IMG/VR virus record: IMGVR_UViG_3300030329_006034
Span: 1-64,000 of that record
Direction: 5' to 3' (one strand)
DNA: 64,000 nt
From: a virus
Shown here: positions 45,508-54,656 of the stretch, piece after piece
Layout of the letters: each line of letters opens with the position of its first letter
How positions within the stretch are numbered: the first letter of the stretch is position 1
Notes under the pieces: model-generated
Told to the model about the DNA's origin: nothing
What the model saw: the letters and a program-made list of their open reading frames with translations, nothing else
Databases searched by the model: none
Position numbers and translations under genes: made by a program

Positions 45508-48500
45508 CTAAAACTTTAGAACATTGCAACGAGGTCCTCCTCTAGATTCCGGTGGACATATTGTTGTCGGGGGCGGTGGTGTAGTTACCGTTGTCGTTGT
45601 CACCGTCGGTGTTGTAGTCGGGGTTGTAGTCCGCCGGCGACGACGCGTCGTTGAAGGAATCGGTGGAAAGACCGGATCTCCACCACCGACAACAATTATT
45701 GGGGGCCTTGTAACTGGTGGGTTTGGCGGCCCAATGGGTTGTCCTCCAGGGGTGTCATCCGTTGGTGGGCATGGGCAACATTCGCACATTTCCCAACCTA
45801 AACCTTTATCTTTTGGCTCGAGATCTTTGGTACGAAGCTTTGCTGGCTTCTTTTTATTTTGCGGATTCATTGCAGGATCATTAACATGCATTAAAACGTC
45901 AATTGCTGGATTAAGCATAGGATTAGCATTAACAAAATCTGCATTAATAATTTTAAAACAAATCGGTCGGCATGCTTCTCTACAATCTTCATCAAAATTT
46001 TTCGCAACGTCTTCCAGGCCTCCCTCCCAGTTTTCTTCTTCCTCTTCAGAAATTACACCGTCGTTGTTTGCGTCCTTCTTTCTGTTTGGATCAAATACAA
46101 CTTCACCGTCTTCATTTTTAAACTGCTTTAACCGGTCGCCATCCTTTATATCGCCTATAGTAAGCTCGTTGCCTGGTTTAACAGCATTCCAATTTTCATC
46201 GTTTTCTATTAAACGCTCTCTAGCCAATGCGTCGTTTATATCTTGGCGCGCTCTTTCTGGATCTGCTAATAGGTTATCAAACCTATTTAACGCCCAATCT
46301 GGTCGCTCGAGATCTTCAGGCGGCACGCCACCGTGAATTTCTTGCAACCTTCTCTCTTGCGATAATAAGGTTCGCAATTGATCTTCTTGTTGAGGAGCTA
46401 ACCAGTCCTCGTTTTCAACAATTTGTTGTATAAGACCACCCACATTACCTTTAGCAATATTGTAATCTATTCGTGCCTGATTTAATCTCCCTTGTGCTTC
46501 ATCTAGTTTTTCCTGTGCTGCTTCTGCCCCTGCAGACCCGGCTGGTTCTTCAGCAAGCGCCTCTTCTGCTTTTTTTACCGCTGCCAAGGCATCTCTTCCT
46601 TCTTGTAGTGCGTCTTCAATAACGTCATCAACAAATCCCTCAGCACCAAACGGTGGATCAGTGCAGCAGTATTTTATTACAGTACCTTCTTCCACCTCAA
46701 CCGGAAACTTGTCATTATCAGGAATGCCATCTTCATCTTTATCCTCCAGATCACGTACTATCTTTATACGCTGTATAGTCCACCTACCCGGCTCTACCTT
46801 TATAATTCTTATACCTCTAATCTTCCTATCAGGGTTATTCGGATCAGTAACCTTTACGCTTTCGAGTTGTCTTCTTATTTCTGCTCTTCGAGCTACTGCA
46901 GCGTCAGAATCACCACGTGGAACACTAATATTTTCAGGATCCGACCATTCCCCTTTGAAAGCCGGTTCAAATTTAACAAAGCCGAGATCAACAAAGACGT
47001 TATTGTTTCTTGCTTTCCAATACCAGCATAGATTACAGTTTGTTGGCGGGCAACACGGGCAACATTCACACTCTCTCCATCCGAGTCCTCTATCAACTTC
47101 TCCATCGCCGTCTGTATCGTCATCTGGTAATTCGCCATTTTCTCTAATATCTTCTGACGGTCTAGTATCCTTATTTTGATTTACCCACTCTGCATCATGA
47201 ATTTTAAAACACCTTCTCTTGTCCTCATCAAGGTATTCCGCTTTCCATTGTTCGAGACGTGCCCATAGGTCATTTGCTTGTTCTGGTGTTATATAACCTT
47301 GATTAACAGTGAACTGAACCATCGATCGCGCTTTAAACAGATCATTTTCTAACAACGCACCAGCGACGTCAAACTCACTACGATCCGGATCTTCATCCAT
47401 TCCTTCATGACGAAGTTGGTTTGGAAAAACCCCAGGTGCGAGTCCTTCCGCGTAAGTTTTTGCTTCAAATTCGGGCCCTTCCCAAAACACTAGTCCGTTT
47501 TCTGCTGTCCCGTCAAACGGTCTTAAGTAGTTGTCCCGAGCATTATCCCAAAACCACATTGCTAGTCTTTCTGCTGGAGGCGCGCATTCCGGAACACAGC
47601 ACGGTGTTGTGGTACTTGTAGAAGTTGATGTTGATGTACTCGTACTAGTAGATGTAGATGTACTAGTTGAAGTAGAAGTTGAAGTAGAAGTTGATGTTGT
47701 AGTAGTTACATCATCCTTATCTGGGCAACATTCGCAATATTCCCATCCCCCAGCTGCATGACCGGCTTCGACAGGATTTTCTAGACCATTATATCCAATT
47801 GGTATTTCATTATCCCAGTGTCCTTTACCAAAGCGATCTTCTACTGATTGCTCGTTATCAAATTGATAAGCTGCAGCAACTAGCTCTGCTGGTGATCTAT
47901 CTAAATTTTGTCGTACAAGATCTTCATTAACAATCTTGTAACACTGCCCGTCACTATCATCTAAACACTTTTCCCATTCTATGCCAGCGCTATTATTATC
48001 CTTTACTACAAGTACAGCTGTTGGAGTAGCAGCCCACTCCCCGTTAAAGTCATCCTCTGTTGCCTGCTTTTTATCCGCCCCCGTAGCAGCGAGCTCAATA
48101 TATATATTTTTATAATTGCCTTGTTTTACCTCTTCTTTGGTAGCTGTTTCTTTTTCAAAGTACCATTCACCTTTCGGCGGGCAACACTTAGGACACGGTG
48201 TAGTAGTTGACGTGGTCGTAGGTGGACTCGTAGTAGATGTACTAGTTGATGTTGTGGTTGTAATGTCTGGTTTTCCCGGTGGTTTTTTCTTGCAGCAACG
48301 ACATTCTTTCCACACTGCAGAACTTAAACTCGGATCAATACACGCTGGGTCTTCCTGTTTAGGGTTATAAGATTCAGCAGAACCATCACTATTAGATTGA
48401 CTACTTTCTCGGGAATTATACAGAGCTTCCCAATTAATTAGCCGATAGCACTTTCCATTATGTTTTATAACTATTCCCTTCTTAGCAGCTTTTTCAAGCT

Positions 48501-51500
48501 CTTCCTTATTAATAGTACCATCTTCATTCATGACACCGGGAAAAGCATCCAGAAAATTTCCTTCTGTTGGTGGGTCGCCTTCACCGTCCCATCCTTCATT
48601 TTCGTCCCGGATCTGCCGAACTTCTCCATCAACTTCTGGTCCTGTTCCCACCGGTGCACCTACGTTAACCGGTTCAGTTCTCTCAACTTCACCTGGCTCG
48701 TTAGGATCCGGATCAGCCGGCGCCTCAGGATCCGGATCATCTGGCTCAATAGGCTTGCTCTTCTGCCTTTCGTCATTAATACCGGGTACTGGATCTTGTC
48801 CCGGCACAACGACATCATCTCCCTCGCCCGGCTGGCTCGCCGGTTCGAACCACCTCTCAATCGCCCCGAGTGCGATTCCTATTCGCGCACCATCTTCTGG
48901 AACGTCACGGAATAAACCGCCACTCTCCCAACCATCATTAGGTCTATGAAAAACAAGATAAGGGTCACGATCATCGGCGAATAAACGAGCGTCTAATGAT
49001 GCATTCTTGGCATTTGAAAGTTCTACAGTGATACCCAAGTTATTATCAAAGACAACATCTATAATATTGCCTTTATTGTCCCGAGTAATAGTCATAGGAA
49101 TTCCACGTTCATCGGGCCCGGGAAGGAGAGCCCCTCCAAGAGCGTCAAAACTTCGATGTCTCCATTGGCTCACCCCGAGACCGGGTAACCCTTCTCGGTT
49201 AATCCTCTCAACCTCGGCACCACTTCTTCCAACCAAATGTTGTTGTTCTGGATGTCTAAATAAAACTCTTTCTTGTCGCGATTGTCCTTGGTTACGCACA
49301 TTGCGTTTAGCTTTAGGATTTTGTAACGCACCTGGTCCTCTAACACTAACGGTTACAGGACTTCTTTGTTGTGTGCCAGTTGGTTGCTGTCGTGAAGTTG
49401 CAACTAGTGTATAAGTGTTATCGGCATTTAGTTGAGCGTGTAATTCCTGCGTAACAACTACATTTTGCCCACCTCCACCTTCAAACAGGCCTTGAAAGTT
49501 AGATGCGTTTTGTTGCTGTACCTTATTATAGGCGGTGTAGTTATTAGGTGGTGACGTTCCATAAGTATTAGGCGGAAAAGTCGTACCTGCCTCCTCCGGT
49601 GGCATCGTCGTACTATCCTCATCCGGTGGCATCGTCGTACTATCTGTGCTATAATTTGGTGCAGTATTTGTATTGAGATCTTCTAAAGGATCTCCTGTTG
49701 GTGGGTTATGTGTCCACCCTAACTGCTCGAGCTCTAAATGCTGCTTAAAAGTAGTAGTATATATTCCGTACCCCTCAGCATCATACATGTAATGCGGTGT
49801 AAAGGTCACTTGTGTGTAGACAGGATCATTTGCTGAACTTTGTGACTTTGATGGAGCAGGAGTTGATGGTGCCGGAGCCCGAGGAAACGGCGTTGCCTCT
49901 ACATTTGGATTTGGTGTAGTTGTCCGCGTTGTGGGTCGCGGTGGCATTGTTGGCATAGGCCCGGGCTCAAATGGATCCGGTGTTGTAGGTGCAATCGGTC
50001 TTCTTGTTGTAGTTGTAGTAGTAATAGGCTCCGGAGCTGAAGTAGTAGTAGTAACATCATCGGGCTCGGTCACCGTAGGTGAAACACTTGGCTTACCTGT
50101 TGAGATATCAACTGTGCGCAGTTTATGCACCTTACTATCTGTCTGTACGCTAAGGCTCTCCATAGCCTCATTGATCTTACTCTGTGTTTCAGAATTACCG
50201 TAAAATGGACCCTCTAAATTTGTGGTATGTGTTTCAATTAAAATGGGCGTGTCTTCAGTATATATAAATGCTGGTCCACTACTATCACCCTTTCCTAACC
50301 CTTCCCTTAGATTACCGTCGTACTCATCAGCGTATTCATCTGGAAGAGAGGTATATAAGACCACTTTTTCTCCTGCTTTTCCCAGCCTATTCGCGGCTTG
50401 AAAGCTTACTACTTTTGGAAGTGTTTTTCTCTCTTGATCGATTACAACAACATATGCGCCTGTTAACTCTTTATTGTATCCACCTACCGGCCGTGGTTCT
50501 GGTACAGGGTAGATTTCAGTATTTTCGACCGGTGCATTAAGAATACCGACGCTAATATCTGCACCTTGTAGCGGCTCGACCGCTACGATAGTACGTGTAA
50601 CTCGCTCGCCGCTATTGTTAATAAAGTTAACAGTGTTACCAGGCATACGTAAATCCCAGTGCTTCGACATTACAAAGTGAGTAGGTGAAACTAAAGTTAC
50701 AGCTTTTTTGTACCCGGGCGTTGGATATGAGGGAGCTTTTTCACTAACTCCAGAGAGATTTACCTTGCTATTAAGATCTGGTAAGATTGATAGGAGTAAT
50801 GTGTTTATTTCTTTTGATACTGTATCGTCGGCTGTTGGTTTTTGAAGCCGGGGATCCACCGTGGTTTTATCGGTATCAAAACTATCAACATCTGAAGTGG
50901 TATTGTACGTAGTCGATCCGGATCCGGATCCAGTATAAATACTAGTATCGACAGTAGAATTGCGTACTATTAACTCCTCAAAGGTTATAGACCAGTCTTC
51001 TGATGTATCTACTATAAAGCTATCTATACTATCCGGGTAATAATATGTCGTCCCAGCTGCAGTATCAACCCTAACTCTATTTGGATTCTTCGAGTCGTAG
51101 CTTTCGTAATCTACATCATATGATTCACCTTCATAACCTTTAAAAAAAGCCGACCCTAGCATCGCGAAGTATTTTTTTAAATTCGGGCCTTTATTTAGTG
51201 TTGTGTCTTTGCCAGACTTAGGATTATTCCAGTACCAGGGACCTGTAGGCCAACAGCATGTTGTTGTACTAGTTGAAGTTGAAGTTGACGTTGATGTACT
51301 TGTACTTGTACTAGTTGATGTAGATGTACTAGTTGAAGTTGAGGTTGTAGTAGTTACATCATCACATTCACAGCAAATCTCTATACAGCATCCGCAGCTT
51401 TCTATTAGTAAATATAAGTCTGATCCTGGATCGCTAGGATTTATTCGGGCTGGAATCGCATCATTAATTCCTTGCCTGTCCTTTAGGATGACTGAAAGGA

Positions 51501-51684
51501 AAGGTGTAGTTGCGTTTTTTTTGTATATCTTATATAACGGCCCGCCTCCGGATACTGATGTTATTTTGATCGTTCCCTCTTTACAATTACACTCGTATTT
51601 TACCGTTACTGTGTCATTAGAACATTGTCCGGGATTGCTGTTACAATCACTACTCGAGTTACTAGCTGAACTATCATTAGCCAT
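45508..51684 (-). CDS. Giant Cys-rich, mucin-like (Thr/Ser/Pro) protein with trypsin-like serine protease domain; probable virion protein
   Basis: 2058 aa; (TS)n tracts; four CC..W[YF][WF]...C[YF][KR]...W..C.CC modules; TLVSPTH...H, DISVG, GDSSGP. Confidence 0.75.
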   Translation of the reverse strand: MANDSSASNSSSDCNSNPGQCSNDTVTVKYECNCKEGTIKITSVSGGGPLYKIYKKNATTPFLSVILKDRQGINDAIPARINPSDPGSDLYLLIESCGCCIEICCECDDVTTTTSTSTSTSTSTSTSTSTSTSTSTSTSTTTCCWPTGPWYWNNPKSGKDTTLNKGPNLKKYFAMLGSAFFKGYEGESYDVDYESYDSKNPNRVRVDTAAGTTYYYPDSIDSFIVDTSEDWSITFEELIVRNSTVDTSIYTGSGSGSTTYNTTSDVDSFDTDKTTVDPRLQKPTADDTVSKEINTLLLSILPDLNSKVNLSGVSEKAPSYPTPGYKKAVTLVSPTHFVMSKHWDLRMPGNTVNFINNSGERVTRTIVAVEPLQGADISVGILNAPVENTEIYPVPEPRPVGGYNKELTGAYVVVIDQERKTLPKVVSFQAANRLGKAGEKVVLYTSLPDEYADEYDGNLREGLGKGDSSGPAFIYTEDTPILIETHTTNLEGPFYGNSETQSKINEAMESLSVQTDSKVHKLRTVDISTGKPSVSPTVTEPDDVTTTTSAPEPITTTTTTRRPIAPTTPDPFEPGPMPTMPPRPTTRTTTPNPNVEATPFPRAPAPSTPAPSKSQSSANDPVYTQVTFTPHYMYDAEGYGIYTTTFKQHLELEQLGWTHNPPTGDPLEDLNTNTAPNYSTDSTTMPPDEDSTTMPPEEAGTTFPPNTYGTSPPNNYTAYNKVQQQNASNFQGLFEGGGGQNVVVTQELHAQLNADNTYTLVATSRQQPTGTQQRSPVTVSVRGPGALQNPKAKRNVRNQGQSRQERVLFRHPEQQHLVGRSGAEVERINREGLPGLGVSQWRHRSFDALGGALLPGPDERGIPMTITRDNKGNIIDVVFDNNLGITVELSNAKNASLDARLFADDRDPYLVFHRPNDGWESGGLFRDVPEDGARIGIALGAIERWFEPASQPGEGDDVVVPGQDPVPGINDERQKSKPIEPDDPDPEAPADPDPNEPGEVERTEPVNVGAPVGTGPEVDGEVRQIRDENEGWDGEGDPPTEGNFLDAFPGVMNEDGTINKEELEKAAKKGIVIKHNGKCYRLINWEALYNSRESSQSNSDGSAESYNPKQEDPACIDPSLSSAVWKECRCCKKKPPGKPDITTTTSTSTSTTSPPTTTSTTTPCPKCCPPKGEWYFEKETATKEEVKQGNYKNIYIELAATGADKKQATEDDFNGEWAATPTAVLVVKDNNSAGIEWEKCLDDSDGQCYKIVNEDLVRQNLDRSPAELVAAAYQFDNEQSVEDRFGKGHWDNEIPIGYNGLENPVEAGHAAGGWEYCECCPDKDDVTTTTSTSTSTSTSTSTSTSTSTSTSTSTSTSTTTPCCVPECAPPAERLAMWFWDNARDNYLRPFDGTAENGLVFWEGPEFEAKTYAEGLAPGVFPNQLRHEGMDEDPDRSEFDVAGALLENDLFKARSMVQFTVNQGYITPEQANDLWARLEQWKAEYLDEDKRRCFKIHDAEWVNQNKDTRPSEDIRENGELPDDDTDGDGEVDRGLGWRECECCPCCPPTNCNLCWYWKARNNNVFVDLGFVKFEPAFKGEWSDPENISVPRGDSDAAVARRAEIRRQLESVKVTDPNNPDRKIRGIRIIKVEPGRWTIQRIKIVRDLEDKDEDGIPDNDKFPVEVEEGTVIKYCCTDPPFGAEGFVDDVIEDALQEGRDALAAVKKAEEALAEEPAGSAGAEAAQEKLDEAQGRLNQARIDYNIAKGNVGGLIQQIVENEDWLAPQQEDQLRTLLSQERRLQEIHGGVPPEDLERPDWALNRFDNLLADPERARQDINDALARERLIENDENWNAVKPGNELTIGDIKDGDRLKQFKNEDGEVVFDPNRKKDANNDGVISEEEEENWEGGLEDVAKNFDEDCREACRPICFKIINADFVNANPMLNPAIDVLMHVNDPAMNPQNKKKPAKLRTKDLEPKDKGLGWEMCECCPCPPTDDTPGGQPIGPPNPPVTRPPIIVVGGGDPVFPPIPSTTRRRRRTTTPTTTPTVTTTTVTTPPPPTTICPPESRGGPRCNVLKF
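47605..47706 (-). repeat. Coding (Thr-Ser)n low-complexity tract
   Basis: TTTTSTST...TTT with varied synonymous codons. Confidence 0.9.
49595..49644 (-). repeat. 23-bp coding direct repeat (DSTTMPP x2)
   Basis: TCCGGTGGCATCGTCGTACTATC at 49595 and 49622. Confidence 0.85.
51259..51355 (-). repeat. Coding (Thr-Ser)n low-complexity tract
   Basis: TTTTSTST...TTT with varied synonymous codons. Confidence 0.9.
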
Positions 51685-51686
51685 AA

Positions 51687-52580
51687 TTATACAGATCTAG
51701 CTGTTATATCACTAACAGTAGAAATAACAGTATTTTCATTAACTGGTATTTCTGCACTAGTAATTGTTTCGGTTAATACAGAATAACCTACATATCCCTC
51801 TGTATGAAAGTTCTTTAAAAAGAATTCTTTGGCACTTAGGTTAACAGCAGTAGCAGATACAGGCGTTGTAAATGAAAACCCGCAATATATATCATCTAGA
51901 TTACTATAGTTTTCTAATCTAAACCCTAAATCAACGGTCGTTAATGGAGAGTAGGTTGTAGTGTCTGAGTCGTGGTAGTCTATAAATAATTTTTGTCCTA
52001 AGTTTACATATCTAAATCTTAGCGTTCTAAATGTATCCGTTGAAAGAGTACTAAACGATGTAGATATAGCAGAAAGGTGCTCGTTAAGAATAACGTTATG
52101 GTTATAATCTCTCAAGATAAGAGATTCCTTTTTCTTATAATCATACCCGACGCCCGGTCGACTATCACGGCCATCTACGGCGTATAGTCCCGTTGTATCA
52201 AATGCTATTTTTAATAAAACACCGCTTAATGCGTTTTCTTCAACTTCTATAAATTCACCGGCTTCTGTAAGTAAAGAAGCACCTGCTTCTGTAGTGAGCT
52301 TGCCTCCAGATAAAATCCACGCAGGGTCTGAGTCTCCTATATATTGACCCGGTAATGCTGAAATTGGAGAAGATAGAGTAGTTAGAAATGTAGCAAATGC
52401 TAGTTGGTAGTCTTCAGGATCTTCGATGTTAAGTACTTCGCTATTTGTAATAGTAGTTTGTGGTAATTTATACTGAAAAGACCATACTATATCATAATTA
52501 GAATTATATTTTCTTTTTGTTTCTATAAAAGAATAATATCTTGCGTCAGTTGGCAAAGTAATGTCACTAGGGAAAGCCAT
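51687..52580 (-). CDS. Putative L-type (legume/ConA-like) lectin-fold virion protein
   Basis: Beta-rich; AFATF, IAFDTTG, YCGFSFT; LTTEAG/LLTEAG insert; late promoter. Confidence 0.5.
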   Translation of the reverse strand: MAFPSDITLPTDARYYSFIETKRKYNSNYDIVWSFQYKLPQTTITNSEVLNIEDPEDYQLAFATFLTTLSSPISALPGQYIGDSDPAWILSGGKLTTEAGASLLTEAGEFIEVEENALSGVLLKIAFDTTGLYAVDGRDSRPGVGYDYKKKESLILRDYNHNVILNEHLSAISTSFSTLSTDTFRTLRFRYVNLGQKLFIDYHDSDTTTYSPLTTVDLGFRLENYSNLDDIYCGFSFTTPVSATAVNLSAKEFFLKNFHTEGYVGYSVLTETITSAEIPVNENTVISTVSDITARSV

Positions 52581-52598
52581 GTACTTATATTTAATTAC

Positions 52599-52811
52599 TC
52601 AACCTTTTATAAAAGTACAGGTCAAAGAATTAGTTGCGCGTAATCTAGTTTTAAAAACTAAAGCATATCCAAGTTTACCCAATTCTCTAAATACTGTACC
52701 AAAGTAATCTTCATGAACGTTAACTAGTATACTATCAAATATTTCATCATATAAGACAAAATCAGAGAACTCTTCACAGAGCGCGCTGCCTCTCTGATAA
52801 CTTGCCTTCAT
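52599..52811 (-). CDS. Hypothetical small protein
   Basis: 70 aa; ATAAATA 5 nt upstream. Confidence 0.55.
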   Translation of the reverse strand: MKASYQRGSALCEEFSDFVLYDEIFDSILVNVHEDYFGTVFRELGKLGYALVFKTRLRATNSLTCTFIKG

Positions 52812-52819
52812 ACTAGTAT

Positions 52820-52987
52820 TTATTCATTAAATACCTGTATTATTTCTTCAATCTTATCTAAAAGAATATTTGTTTTTTCGATTTCAGCAGTTTCATCTAT
52901 AGAAAAAGATGTATGAGATTTTAGAATATTCTTAAGAACTACAAAATCTTGATAATCTAATCCTTCTACTATTACTTCATCAGCCAT
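52820..52987 (-). CDS. Hypothetical small protein
   Basis: Likely start MADEV at 52987 (TAAATT 5 nt upstream). Confidence 0.5.
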   Translation of the reverse strand: MADEVIVEGLDYQDFVVLKNILKSHTSFSIDETAEIEKTNILLDKIEEIIQVFNE

Positions 52988-53020
52988 ATACAAATTTATG
53001 TATATCCGGGTGTTTATCAA

Positions 53021-54640
53021 CTAGGACCATTCAAACTTAACCATCCCAGGTCCAACGCAATATACTGGCGGGCCGCATCCGTTTTGCCCTCCTCCTCCAG
53101 CACCTGGCGCCGGCGCTGATCCCCAGTAAGAGGAAGCACCAGCACTATGGAGACATTCCCCAACACTAAGAATTCCACCATAACCACCTGTTAATACGTG
53201 GCCTGTAGCTACATATTCGTTACCGGTATTAATAGTGCCTTCTCCATGAAGTGGTATACTTCCGGTCGACGTGCGTCCACCATTAGAAATAGCAAGGTTA
53301 CCGCCGCCTTTACTTATTAGACTTTGGTTACCGTTAGTATTAATTCCTGTGGGATTAGTTCCCACTGTCACACTAAAAGTAGTTCCTGCTGGAGCTGATA
53401 TATAACCAGTCACAGTAGATGCAGCACCACCTGGTTTATTACCACCTGTAGCACCGGATCCTGTAACATAAAATTTAACAAACTCGATACCAGCCGGCAT
53501 TTGGAAACCATTGGCAAACGTACCAGGTGTTGTAAGTACACAAGTACCTGGTGTAGGTCGTTCAATCTTTACACTACCGCTTAGAGGGTTAAATGCTACT
53601 CCGGTTATATCGTCAGCATTTATACGCGCAGATAAGTTTTTACTAATAGTAAATGTTGGACTAGTTACACCACCAACCGCTTTAATTATAAACATTGTAC
53701 CGGTAGCGGATAATGTTGAAGCAGTTGTGGTACTGTTGACCTGGAACAATGTACTGTTAAACGGGTCATCAGACCCATATAGTGCTTTACTGGTAAAGTC
53801 AGGCACTTTAAAGCTAGAAGGCGTCCCGCCGTATTGTGTTGTTATAATTGCTGAGAGATCTGGGTAATCTGCGTTTAATACTTCCCTACCATCGCAAGGC
53901 AACCAACCATTCGGGAAATGAGGATTACCAGCAGTAGATACATATGGTACTATGGTACCTGCAGGAATCAAAGCTGCGGTAGTTGGTGCTACCCCTGTTG
54001 TTATAATATTAGGATTACCCCACCCTAGTGCGCCAGAAGCATCGGCTCGTAAATATTGATCCTTTTCAGGCGCGCCTAAAGGGAATGTATAATCGATTGC
54101 ATTAATTTTTAGCTTAGATGGTAAAGTAAAATAATCATCAGCATTAGTAGACGCTTGATTAATCCGATCGGTTACTATAGTACTGCTAAGAGTTACACGC
54201 CCTGAACTATCTAGAGTTTGACCTTCACCGAGAGCATCTGCAGAGAAATTATTTGCTGATAAAGTACCTACTGTAATTTCTTCAGCTGCATTTATTGTTA
54301 TAGTTTGATTTCCAGCTGTATTATTAGTAGCTACTTTATACCAATTTTCAGCTAAGCTTCCAACACCGGATACACAAACAAAAAATGAATTGTTGTCGGT
54401 GTCGTATGCATAATCGCCAATATCAACAGGTGCCAGTGTCGTTAAATTTGCAGCTCTACCCTTATACTTGTTGCCTACTAAATTACCGCCTACTGTTGTA
54501 CCATCACCTATCCACAGTCTTTTTGTATCTGTCGTATACCCCAACTCTCCGCTATCTAAAGTAATTTGCTGCCGATCATAATCAGTCCCTCTCCTTACTA
54601 GGAGCTTTAATAACGTGTTTTCTAAAATTTCAATACCCAT
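53021..54640 (-). CDS. Tail fibre protein with tail-collar domain
   Basis: VRRGT...GELGYTTDTKRLWIGDG N-domain; AGTIVPY/GWLPCDG/YPDL/FKVPD collar; Gly-rich C-terminus. Confidence 0.8.
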   Translation of the reverse strand: MGIEILENTLLKLLVRRGTDYDRQQITLDSGELGYTTDTKRLWIGDGTTVGGNLVGNKYKGRAANLTTLAPVDIGDYAYDTDNNSFFVCVSGVGSLAENWYKVATNNTAGNQTITINAAEEITVGTLSANNFSADALGEGQTLDSSGRVTLSSTIVTDRINQASTNADDYFTLPSKLKINAIDYTFPLGAPEKDQYLRADASGALGWGNPNIITTGVAPTTAALIPAGTIVPYVSTAGNPHFPNGWLPCDGREVLNADYPDLSAIITTQYGGTPSSFKVPDFTSKALYGSDDPFNSTLFQVNSTTTASTLSATGTMFIIKAVGGVTSPTFTISKNLSARINADDITGVAFNPLSGSVKIERPTPGTCVLTTPGTFANGFQMPAGIEFVKFYVTGSGATGGNKPGGAASTVTGYISAPAGTTFSVTVGTNPTGINTNGNQSLISKGGGNLAISNGGRTSTGSIPLHGEGTINTGNEYVATGHVLTGGYGGILSVGECLHSAGASSYWGSAPAPGAGGGGQNGCGPPVYCVGPGMVKFEWS

Positions 54641-54656
54641 TGTCTTATATATTTAT

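Noticed and set aside
47605-51355. Short-period repeats as a possible CRISPR array or VNTR
   Set aside because: These are degenerate 6-nt-period coding repeats inside an ORF, with no constant repeat plus unique spacers and no cas genes.
45524-51700. Many long plus-strand ORFs (e.g. 45524-46336, 46661-47179, 51203-51700) with Val-rich repeats
   Set aside because: They are antisense shadows of the 2058-aa gene; the Val/Asp/Glu runs are the reverse complement of Thr/Ser codons, and they have no promoters or motifs.
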